Positions 39,601 through 51,006 of a stretch of DNA of 64,000 nucleotides are shown piece after piece. The notes beneath the pieces were generated by a model. It saw only the letters and a list, made by a program, of their open reading frames with translations. It did no database searches and was not told the DNA's origin. The position numbers were made by a program, and so were the translations under genes. Positions within the stretch are counted from its first letter, which is position 1; each line of letters starts with the position of its first letter. The stretch comes from the human T2T-CHM13v2.0 reference genome, Homo sapiens, in assembly GCF_009914755.1 (NCBI RefSeq), contig NC_060938.1; one strand, written 5' to 3'.

Positions 39601-42600
39601 AGGAATAGAAAGGGATAGGGCTGAAGAACACAGGTCGCTGCATTTAGAAAGGAGGCAGGGTCAGAGGAATAGAAAGGGATAGGGCTGAAGAACACAGGTC
39701 GCTGCATTTAGAAAGGAGGCGGGGTCACAGGAATAGAAAGGGATAGGGCTGAAGAACACAGGTCGCTGCATTTAGAAAGGAGGCGGGGTCAGAGGAATAG
39801 AAAGGGATAGGGCTGAAGAACAGAGGTCGCTGCATTTAGAAAGGAGGCGGGGTCAGAGGAATAGAAAGGGATAGGCCTGAAGAACACAGGTCGCTGCATT
39901 TAGAAAGGAGGCGGGGTCAGAGGAATAGAAAGGGATAGGGCTGAAGAACACAGGTCGCTGCATTTAGAAAGGAGGCGGGGTCAGAGGAATAGAAAGGGAT
40001 AGGGCTGAAGAACACAGGTCGCTGCATTTAGAAAGGAGGCGGGGTCAGAGGAATAGAAAGGGACAGGGCTGAAGAACAGAGGTCGCTGCATTTAGAAAGG
40101 AGGCGGGGTAAGAGGAATAGAAAGGGATAGGGCTGAAGAACAGAGGTCGCTGCATTTAGAAAGGAGGCAGGGTCAGAGGAATAGAAAGGGACAGGGCTGA
40201 AGAACACAGGTCGCTGCATTTAGAAAGGAGGCGGGGTCAGAGGAATAGAAAGGGATAGGGCTGAAGAACAGACGTCGCTGCATTTAGAAAGGAGGCGGGG
40301 TCAGAGGAATAGAAAGGGATAGGGCTGAAGAACACAGGTCGCTGCATTTAGAAAGGAGGCGGGGTCAGAGGAGTAGAAAGGGATAGGGCTGAAGAACAGA
40401 GGTCGCTGCATTTAGAAAGGAGGCGGGGTCAGAGGAATAGAAAGGGATAGGGTTGAAGAACACAGGTCGCTGCATTTAGAAAGGAGGCGGGGTCAGAGGA
40501 ATAGAAAGGGATAGGGCTGAAGAACACAGGTCGCTGCATTTAGAAAGGAGGCGGGGTCAGAGGAATAGAAAGGGACAGGGCTGAAGAACAGAGGTCGCTG
40601 CATTTAGAAAGGAGGCGGGGTCAGAGGAATAGAAAGGGACAGGGCTGAAGAACAGAGGTCGCTGCATTTAGAAAGGAGGCGGGGTCAGAGGAATAGAAAG
40701 GGATAGGGCTGAAGAACACAGGTCGCTGCATTTAGAAAGGAGGCGGGGTCAGAGGAATAGAAAGGGATAGGGCTGAAGAACACAGGTCGCTGCATTTAGA
40801 AAGGAGGCGTGGTCAGAGGAATAGAAAGGGATAGGGCTGAAGAACACAGGTCGCTGCATTTAGAAAGGAGGCGGGGTCAGAAGAATAGAAAGGGATAGGG
40901 CTGAAGAACACAGGTCGCTGCATTTGGAAAGGAGGCGGGGTCAGAGGAATAGAAAGGGATAGGGCTGAAGAACAGAGGTCGCTGCATTTAGAAAGGAGGC
41001 GGGGTCAGAGGAATAGAAAGGGATAGGGCTGAAGAACACAGGTCGCTGCATTTAGAAAGGAGGCGGGGTCAGAGGAATAGAAAGGGATAGGCCTGAAGAA
41101 CAGAGGTCGCTGCATTTAGAAAGGAGGCGGGGTCAGAGGAATAGAAAGGGATATGGCTAAAGAACAGAGGTCGCTGCATTTAGAAAGGAGGCGGGGTCAG
41201 AGGAATAGAAAGGGAAAGGACTGAAGAACACAGGTCGCTGCATTTAGAAAGGAGGCGGGGTCAGAGGAATAGAAAGGGATAGGGCTGAAGAACACAGGTC
41301 GCTGTATTTAGAAAGGAGGCGGGGTCAGAGGAATAGAAAGGGACAGGGCTGAAGAACAGAGGTCGCTGCATTTAGAAAGGAGGCGGGGTCAGAGGAATAG
41401 AAAGGGATAGGCCTGAAGAACACAGGTCGCTGCATTTAGAAAGGAGGCGGGGTCAGAGGAATAGAAAGGGACAGGGCTGAAGAACACAGGTCGCTGCATT
41501 TAGAAAGGAGGCGGGGTCAGAGGAATAGAAAGGGATAGGGCTGAAGAACAGAGGTCGCTGCATTTAGAAAGGAGGCGGGGTCAGAGGAATAGAAAGGGAT
41601 AGGGCTGAAGAACACAGGTCGCTGCATTTAGAAAGGAGGCGGGGTCAGAGGAATAGAAAGGGATAGGGCTGAAGAACACAGGTCGCTGCATTTAGAAAGG
41701 AGGCGGGGTCAGAGGAATAGAAAGGGATAGGCCTGAAGAACACAGGTCGCTGCATTTAGAAAGGAGGCGGGGTCAGAGGAATAGAAAGGGACAGGACTGA
41801 AGAACACAGGTCGCTGCATTTAGAAAGGAGGCGGGGTCAGAGGAATAGAAAGGGATAGGGCTGATGAACACAGGTCGCTGCATTTAGAAAGGAGGCGGGG
41901 TCAGAGGAATAGAAAGGGATAGGGCTGAACAACACAGGTCGCTGCATTTAGAAAGGAGGCGGGGTCAGAGGAATAGAAAGGGATAGGCCTGAAGAACAGA
42001 GGTCGCTGCATTTAGAAAGGAGGCGGGGTCAGAGGAATAGAAAGGGATAGGGCTGAAGAACACAGGTCGCTGCATTTGGAAAGGAGGCGGGGTCAGAGGA
42101 ATAGAAAGGGATAGGGCTGAAGAACACAGGTCGCTGCATTTAGAAAGGAGGCGGGGTCAGAGGAATAGAAAGGGATAGGCCTGAAGAACAGAGGTCGCTG
42201 CATTTAGAAAGGAGGCGGGGTCAGAGGAATAGAAAGGGATATGGCTGAAGAACAGAGGTCGCTGCATTTAGAAAGGAGGCGGGGTCAGAGGAATAGAAAG
42301 GGACAGGACTGAAGAACACAGGTCGCTGCATTTAGAAAGGAGGCGGGGTCAGAGGAATAGAAAGGAATAGGACTGAAGAACAGAGGTCGCTGCGTTTAGA
42401 AAGGAGGCGGGGTCAGAGGAATAGAAAGGGATAGGGCTGAAGAACAGAGGTCGCTGCATTTAGAAAGGAGGCGGGGTCAGAGGAATAGAAAGGGACAGGG
42501 CTGAAGAACACAGGTCGCTGCATTTAGAAAGGAGGCGGGGTCAGAGGAATAGAAAGGGATAGGGCTGAAGAACAGAGGTCGCTGCATTTAGAAAGGAGGC

Positions 42601-43290
42601 GGGGTCAGAGGAATAGAAAGGGATAGGGGTGAAGAACACAGGTCGCTGCATTTAGAAAGGAGGCGGGGTCAGAGGAATAGAAAGGGACAGGGCTGAAGAA
42701 CACAGGTCGCTGCATTTAGAAAGGAGGCGGGGTCAGAGGAATAGAAAGGGACAGGACTGAAGAACAGAGGTCGCTGCATTTAGAAAGGAGGCGGTGTCAG
42801 AGGAATAGAAAGGGATAGGCCTGAAGAACACAGGTCGCTGCATTTAGAAAGGAGGCGGGGTCAGAGGAATAGAAAGGGATAGGGCTGAAGAACACAGGTC
42901 GCTGCATTTAGAAAGGAGGCAGGGTCAGAGGAATAGAAAGGGATAGGGCTGAAGAACACAGGTCGCTGCATTTAGAAAGGAGGCGGGGTCACAGGAATAG
43001 AAAGGGATAGGGCTGAAGAACACAGGTCGCTGCATTTAGAAAGGAGGCGGGGTCAGAGGAATAGAAAGGGATAGGGCTGAAGAACAGAGGTCGCTGCATT
43101 TAGAAAGGAGGCGGGGTCAGAGGAATAGAAAGGGATAGGCCTGAAGAACACAGGTCGCTGCATTTAGAAAGGAGGCGGGGTCAGAGGAATAGAAAGGGAT
43201 AGGGCTGAAGAACACAGGTCGCTGCATTTAGAAAGGAGGCGGGGTCAGAGGAATAGAAAGGGATAGGGCTGAAGAACACAGGTCGCTGCA
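36636..43290 (+). repeat. Nested tandem duplication of about 3.3 kb (53 + 51 monomers); repeated again at about 51098-57750
   Basis: GGAGTAG at 36981/40373 (offset 3392 = 53x64). GCTGTATTT at 38041/41305 and GCTGCGTTT at 39130/42394 (offset 3264 = 51x64). Confidence 0.85.
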
Positions 43291-44199
43291 TTTAGAAAGG
43301 AGGCGGGGTCAGAGGAATAGAAAGGGATAGGGCTGAAGAACACAGGTCGCTGCATTTAGAAAGGAGGCGGGGTCACAGGAATAGAAAGGGATAGGGCTGA
43401 AGAACACAGGTCGCTGCATTTAGAAAGGAGGCGGGGTCAGAGGAATAGAAAGGGATAGGGCTGAAGAACAGAGGTCGCTGCATTTAGAAAGGAGGCGGGG
43501 TCAGAGGAATAGAAAGGGATAGGGCTGAAGAACACAGGTCGCTGCATTTAGAAAGGAGGCGGGGTCAGAGGAATAGAAAGGGATAGGGGTGAAGAACACA
43601 GGTCGCTGCATTTAGAAAGGAGGCGGGGTCAGAGGAATAGAAAGGGACAGGGCTGAAGAACACAGGTCGCTGCATTTAGAAAGGAGGCGGGGTCAGAGGA
43701 ATAGAAAGGGACAGGACTGAAGAACAGAGGTCGCTGCATTTAGAAAGGAGGCGGTGTCAGAGGAATAGAAACGGATAGGCCTGAAGAACAGAGGTCGCTG
43801 CATTTAGAAAGGAGGCGGGGTCAGAGGAATAGAAAGGGATAGGGCTGAAGAACACAGGTCGCTGCATTTAGAAAGGAGGCGGGGTCAGAGGAATAGAAAG
43901 GGATAGGGCTGAAGAACACAGGTCGCTGCATTTAGAAAGGAGGCGGGGTCACAGGAATAGAAAGGGATAGGGCTGAAGAACACAGGTCGCTGCATTTAGA
44001 AAGGAGGCGGGGTCAGAGGAATAGAAAGGGATAGGGCTGAAGAACAGAGGTCGCTGCATTTAGGAAGGAGGCGGGGTCAGAGGAATAGAAAGGGATAGGC
44101 CTGAAGAACACAGGTCGCTGCATTTAGAAAGGAGGCGGGGTCAGAGGAATAGAAAGGGATAGGGCTGAAGAACACAGGTCGCTGCATTTAGAAAGGAGG

Positions 44200-47100
44200 C
44201 GGGGTCAGAGGAATAGAAAGGGACAGGGCTGAAGAACAGAGGTCGCTGCATTTAGAAAGGAGGCGGGGTCAGAGGAATAGAAAGGGACAGGGCTGAAGAA
44301 CAGAGGTCGCTGCATTTAGAAAGGAGGCGGGGTCAGAGGAATAGAAAGGGATAGGGATGAAGAACAGAGGTCGCTGCATTTAGAACGGAGGCGGGGTCAG
44401 AGGAATAGAAAGGGATAGGGCTGAAGAACACAGGTCGCTGCATTTAGAAAGGAGGCGGGGTCAGAGGAATAGAAAGGGATAGGGCTGAAGAACACAGGTC
44501 GCTGCATTTAGAAAGGAGGCGGGGTCAGAGGAATAGAAAGGGATAGGGCTGAAGAACACAGGTCGTTGCATTTAGAAAGGAGGCGGGGTCAGAAGAATAG
44601 AAAGGGATAGGGCTGAAGAACACAGGTCGCTGCATTTGGAAAGGAGGCGTGGTCAGAGGAATAGAAAGGGATAGGGCTGAAGAACAGAGGTCGCTGCATT
44701 TAGAAAGGAGGCGGGGTCAGAGGAATAGAAAGGGATAGGGCTGAAGAACACAGGTCGCTGCATTTAGAAAGGAGGCGGGGTCAGAGGAATAGAAAGGGAT
44801 AGGCCTGAAGAACAGAGGTCGCTGCATTTAGAAAGGAGGTGGGGTCAGAGGAATAGAAAGGGATATGGCTAAAGAACAGAGGTCGCTGCATTTAGAAAGG
44901 AGGCGGGGTCAGAGGAATAGAAAGGGAAAGGACTGAAGAACACAGGTCGCTGCATTTAGAAAGGAGGCGGGGTCAGAGGAATAGAAAGGGATAGGGCTGA
45001 AGAACACAGGTCGCTGCATTTAGAAAGGAGGCGGGGTCAGAGGAATAGAAAGGGACAGGGCTGAAGAACAGAGGTCGCTGCATTTAGAAAGGAGGCGGGG
45101 TAAGAGGAATAGAAAGGGATAGGCCTGAAGAACACAGGTCGCTGCATTTAGAAAGGAGGCGGGGTCAGAGGAATAGAAAGGGACAGGGCTGAAGATCACA
45201 GGTCGCTGCATTTAGAAAGGAGGCGGGGTCAGAGGAATAGAAAGGGATAGGGCTGAAGAACAGAGGTCGCTGCATTTAGAAAGGAGGCGGGGTCAGAGGA
45301 ATAGAAAGGGATAGGGCTGAAGAACACAGGTCGCTGCATTTAGAAAGGAGGCGGGGTCAGAGGAATAGAAAGGGATAGGGCTGAAGAACACAGGTCGCTG
45401 CATTTAGAAAGGAGGCGGGGTCAGAGGAATAGAAAGGGACAGGCCTGAAGAACACAGGTCGCTGCATTTAGAAAGGAGGCGTGGTCAGAGGAATAGAAAG
45501 GGACAGGCCTGAAGAACAGAGGTCGCTGCATTTAGAAAGGAGGCGGGGTCAGAGGAATAGAAAGGGACAGGGCTGAAGAACACAGGTCGCTGCATTTAGA
45601 AAGGAGGCGGGGTCAGAGGAATAGAAAGGGATAGGACTGAAGAACACAGGTCGCTGCATTTAGAAGGGAGGCGGGGTCAGAGGAATAGAAAGGGATAGGA
45701 CTGAAGAACACAGGTCGCTGCATTTAGAAAGGAGGCGGGGTCAGAGGAATAGAAAGGGATAGGGCTGAAGAACGCAGGTCGCTGCATTTAGAAAGGAGGC
45801 GGGGTCAGAGGAATAGAAAGGGACAGGACTGCAGAACACAGGTCGCTGCATTTAGAAAGGAGGCGGGGTCAGAGGAATAGAAAGGGATAGGGCTGAAGAA
45901 CACAGGTCGCTGCATTTAGAAAGGAGGCGGGGTCAGAGGAATAGAAAGGGACAGGACTGCAGAACACAGGTCGCTGCATTTAGAAAGGAGGCGGTGTCAG
46001 AGGAATAGAAAGGGATAGGGCTGAAGAACACAGGTCGCTGCATTTAGAAAGGAGGCGGGGTCAGAGGAATAGAAAGGGATAGGGCTGAAGAACACAGGTC
46101 GCTGCATTTAGAAAGGAGGCGGGGTCAGAGGAATAGAAAGGGATAGGCCTGAAGAACAGAGGTCGCTGCATTTAGAAAGGAGGCGGGGTCAGAGGAATAG
46201 AAAGGGATAGGGCTGAAGAACACAGGTCGCTGCATTTGGAAAGGAGGCGGGGTCAGAGGAATAGAAAGGGATAGGGCTGAAGAACACAGGTCGCTGCATT
46301 TAGAAAGGAGGCGGGGTCAGAGGAATAGAAAGGGATAGGCCTGAAGAACAGAGGTCGCTGCATTTAGAAAGGAGGCGGGGTCAGAGGAATAGAAAGGGAT
46401 ATGGCTGAAGAACAGAGGTCGCTGCATTTAGAAAGGAGGCGGGGTCAGAGGAATAGAAAGGGACAGGACTGAAGAACACAGGTCGCTGCATTTAGAAAGG
46501 AGGCGGGGTCAGAGGAATAGAAAGGGATAGGACTGAAGAACAGAGGTCGCTGCGTTTAGAAAGGAGGCGGGGTCAGAGGAATAGAAAGGGATAGGGCTGA
46601 AGAACAGAGGTCGCTGCATTTAGAAGGAGGCGGGGTCAGAGGAATAGAAAGGGACAGGGCTGAAGAACACAGGTCGCTGCATTTAGAAAGGAGGCGGGGT
46701 CAGAGGAATAGAAAGGGACTGGGCTGAAGAACACAGGTCGCTGCATTTAGAAAGGAGGCGGGGTCAGAGGAATAGAAAGGGACAGGGCTGAAGAACACAG
46801 GTCGCTGCATTTAGAAAGGAGGCGGGGTCAGAGGAATAGAAAGGGATAGGGCTGAAGAACAGAGGTCGCTGCATTTAGAAAGGAGGCGGGGTCAGAGGAA
46901 TAGAAAGGGACAGGGCTGAAGAACAGAGGTCGCTGCATTTAGAAAGGAGGCGGGGTCAGAGGAATAGAAAGGGACAGGGCTGAAGAACAGAGGTCGCTGC
47001 ATTTAGAAAGGAGGCGGGGTCAGAGGAATAGAAAGGGATAGGGATGAAGAACAGAGGTCGCTGCATTTAGAAAGGAGGCGGGGTCAGAGGAATAGAAAGG

Positions 47101-49700
47101 GATAGGGCTGAAGAACACAGGTCGCTGCATTTAGAAAGGAGGCGGGGTCAGAGGAATAGAAAGGGATAGGGCTGAAGAACACAGGTCGCTGCATTTAGAA
47201 AGGAGGCGGGGTCAGAGGAATAGAAAGGGATAGGGCTGAAGAACACAGGTCGTTGCATTTAGAAAGGAGGCGGGGTCAGAAGAATAGAAAGGGATAGGGC
47301 TGAAGAACACAGGTCGCTGCATTTGGAAAGGAGGCGGGGTCAGAGGAATAGAAAGGGATAGGGCTGAAGAACAGAGGTCGCTGCATTTAGAAAGGAGGCG
47401 GGGTCAGAGGAATAGAAAGGGATAGGGCTGAAGAACACAGGTCGCTGCATTTAGAAAGGAGGCGGGGTCAGAGGAATAGAAAGGGATAGGCCTGAAGAAC
47501 AGAGGTCGCTGCATTTAGAAAGGAGGCGGGGTCAGAGGAATAGAAAGGGATATGGCTAAAGAACAGAGGTCGCTGCATTTAGAAAGGAGGCGGGGTCAGA
47601 GGAATAGAAAGGGAAAGGACTGAAGAACACAGGTCGCTGCATTTAGAAAGGAGGCGGGGTCAGAGGAATAGAAAGGGATAGGGCTGAAGAACACAGGTCG
47701 CTGCATTTAGAAAGGAGGCGGGGTCAGAGGAATAGAAAGGGACAGGGCTGAAGAACAGAGGTCGCTGCATTTAGAAAGGAGGCGGGGTCAGAGGAATAGA
47801 AAGGGATAGGCCTGAAGAACACAGGTCGCTGCATTTAGAAAGGAGGCGGGGTCAGAGGAATAGAAAGGGACAGGGCTGAAGATCACAGGTCGCTGCATTT
47901 AGAAAGGAGGCGGGGTCAGAGGAATAGAAAGGGATAGGGCTGAAGAACAGAGGTCGCTGCATTTAGAAAGGAGGCGGGGCCAGAGGAATAGAAAGGGATA
48001 GGGCTGAAGAACACAGGTCGCTGCATTTAGAAAGGAGGCGGGGTCAGAGGAATAGAAAGGGATAGGGCTGAAGAACACAGGTCGCTGCATTTAGAAAGGA
48101 GGCGGGGTCAGAGGAATAGAAAGGGACAGGCCTGAAGAACACAGGTCGCTGCATTTAGAAAGGAGGCGTGGTCAGAGGAATAAAAAGGGACAGGCCTGAA
48201 GAACAGAGGTCGCTGCATTTAGAAAGGAGGCGGGGTCAGAGGAATAGAAAGGGACAGGGCTGAAGAACACAGGTCGCTGCATTTAGAAAGGAGGCGGGGT
48301 CAGAGGAATAGAAAGGGATAGGACTGAAGAACACAGGTCGCTGCATTTAGAAAGGAGGCGGGGTCAGAGGAATAGAAAGGGATAGGACTGAAGAACACAG
48401 GTCGCTGCATTTAGAAAGGAGGCGGGGTCAGAGGAATAGAAAGGGATAGGGCTGAAGAACGCAGGTCGCTGCATTTAGAAAGGAGGCGGGGTCAGAGGAA
48501 TAGAAAGGGACAGGACTGCAGAACACAGGTCGCTGCATTTAGAAAGGAGGCGGGGTCAGAGGAATAGAAAGGGATAGGGCTGAAGAACACAGGTCGCTGC
48601 ATTTAGAAAGGAGGCGGGGTCAGAGGAATAGAAAGGGACAGGACTGCAGAACACAGGTCGCTGCATTTAGAAAGGAGGCGGTGTCAGAGGAATAGAAAGG
48701 GATAGGGCTGAAGAACACAGGTCGCTGCATTTAGAAAGGAGGCGGGGTCAGAGGAATAGAAAGGGATAGGGCTGAAGAACACAGGTCGCTGCATTTAGAA
48801 AGGAGGCGGGGTCAGAGGAATAGAAAGGGATAGGGCTGAAGAACACAGGTCGCTGCATTTAGAAAGGAGGCGGGGTCAGAGGAATAGAAAGGGATAGGGC
48901 TGAAGAACACAGGTCGCTGCATTTAGAAAGGAGGCGGGGTCAGAGGAATAGAAAGGGATAGGTCTGAAGAACACAGGTCGCTGCATTTACAAAGGAGGCG
49001 GGGTCAGAGAAATAGAAAGGGATAGGCCTGAAGAACAGAGGTCGCTGCATTTAGAAAGGAGGCGGGGTCAGAGGAATAGAAAGGGATAGGGCTGAAGAAC
49101 ACAGGTCGCTGCATTTGGAAAGGAGGCGGGGTCAGAGGAATAGAAAGGGATAGGGCTGAAGAACACAGGTCGCTGCATTTAGAAAGGAGGCGGGGTCAGA
49201 GGAATAGAAAGGGATAGGCCTGAAGAACAGAGGTCGCTGCATTTAGAAAGGAGGCGGGGTCAGAGGAATAGAAAGGGATATGGCTGAAGAACAGAGGTCG
49301 CTGCATTTATAAAGGAGGCGGGGTCAGAGGAATAGAAAGGGACAGGACTGAAGAACACAGGTCGCTGCATTTAGAAAGGAGGCGGGGTCAGAGGAATAGA
49401 AAGGGATAGGACTGAAGAACAGAGGTCGCTGCGTTTAGAAAGGAGGCGGGGTCAGAGGAATAGAAAGGGATAGGGCTGAAGAACAGAGGTCGCTGCATTT
49501 AGAAAGGAGGCGGGGTCAGAGGAATAGAAAGGGATAGGGCTGAAGAACAGAGGTCGCTGCATTTAGAAGGAGGCGGGGTCAGAGGAATAGAAAGGGACAG
49601 GGCTGAAGAACACAGGTCGCTGCATTTAGAAAGGAGGCGGGGTCAGAGGAATAGAAAGGGACTGGGCTGAAGAACACAGGTCGCTGCATTTAGAAAGGAG
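44200..49700 (+). repeat. Nested tandem duplication of about 2.9 kb (roughly 42-46 monomers) marked by a shared 1-bp deletion
   Basis: GAAGATCAC, AACGCAGG, paired GACTGCAGA and GGGACTGGG each occur in both halves. The TAGAA-GGAGG deletion sits near 46625 and near 49568 (offset 2943 = 46x64-1). Confidence 0.8.
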
Positions 49701-51006
49701 GCGGGGTCAGAGGAATAGAAAGGGATAGGCCAGAAGAACACAGGTCGCTGCATTTAGAAAGGAGGCGGGGTCAGAGGAATAGAAAGGGATAGGGCTGAAG
49801 AACACAGGTCGCTGCATTTGGAAAGGAGGCGGGGTCAGAGGAATAGAAAGGGATAGGGCTGAAGAACACAGGTCGCTGCATTTAGAAAGGAGGCGGGGTC
49901 AGAGGAATAGAAAGGGACAGCGCTGAAGAACAGAGGTCGCTGCATTTAGAAAGGAGGCGGGGTCAGAGGAATAGAAAGGGATAGGGCTGAAGAACAGAGG
50001 TCGCTGCATTTAGAAAGGAGGCGGGGTCAGAGGAATAGAAAGGGATAGGGCTGAAGAACACAGGTCGCTGCATTTAGAAAGGAGGCGGGGTCAGAGGAAT
50101 AGAAAGGAACAGGGCTGAAGAACAGAGGTCGCTGCATTTAGAAAGGAGGCGGGGTCAGAGGAATAGAAAGGGACAGGGCTGAAGAACAGAGGTCGCTGCA
50201 TTTAGAAAGGAGGCGGGGTCAGAAGAATAGAAAGGGATAGGGCTGAAGAACACAGGTCGCTGCATTTAGAAAGGAGGCGGGGTCAGAGGAATAGAAAGGG
50301 ATAGGGCTGAAGAACACTGGTCGCTGCATTTAGAAAGGAGGCGGGGTCAGAGGAATAGAAAGGGATAGGCCTGAAGAACAGAGGTCGCTGCATTTAGAAA
50401 GGAGGCGGGGTCACAGGAATAGAAAGGGATATGGCTAAAGAACAGAGGTCGCTGCATTTAGAAAGGAGGCGGGGTCAGAGGAATAGAAAGGGACAGGACT
50501 GAAGAACACAGGTCGCTGCATTTAGAAAGGAGGCGGGGTCAGAGGAATAGAAAGGGATAGGGCTGAAGAACACAGGTCGCTGCATTTAGAAAGGAGGCGG
50601 GGTCAGAGGAATAGAAAGGGATGGGGCTGAAGAACAGAGGTCGCTGCATTTAGAAAGGAGGCGGGGTCAGAGGAATAGAAAGGGATGGGGCTGAAGAACA
50701 CAGGTCGCTGCATTTAGAAAGGAGGCGGGGTCAGAGGAATAGAAAGGGATAGGGCTGAAGAACAGAGGTCGCTGCATTTAGAAAGGAGGCGGGGTCAGAG
50801 GAATAGAAAGGGATAGGGCTGAAGAACACAGGTCGCTGCATTTAGAAAGGAGGCGGGGTCAGAGGAATAGAAAGGGATAGGGCTGAAGAACACAGGTCGC
50901 TGCATTTAGAAAGGAGGCGGGGTCAGAGGAATAGAAAGGGATAGGCCTGAAGAACACAGGTCGCTGCATTTAGAAAGGAGGCGGGGTCAGAGGAATAGAA
51001 AGGGAC

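Larger units (their letters stand above)
36545..51006 (+). repeat. Copy 1 of a 14,462-bp (226-monomer) higher-order tandem duplication
   Basis: Rare variants recur at exactly +14462: 36981/51443 (GGAGTAG), 37618/52080 (CAGACGA), 38545/53007 (CACACGTC), 43772/58234 (AAACGGAT), the 1-bp deletion near 46625/61087, and 48961/63423 (GGTCTG). ORF-track pairs 36636/51098, 40028/54490, 45020/59482 and 47899/62361 have the same offset. Boundaries are approximate (about one monomer). Confidence 0.93.
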
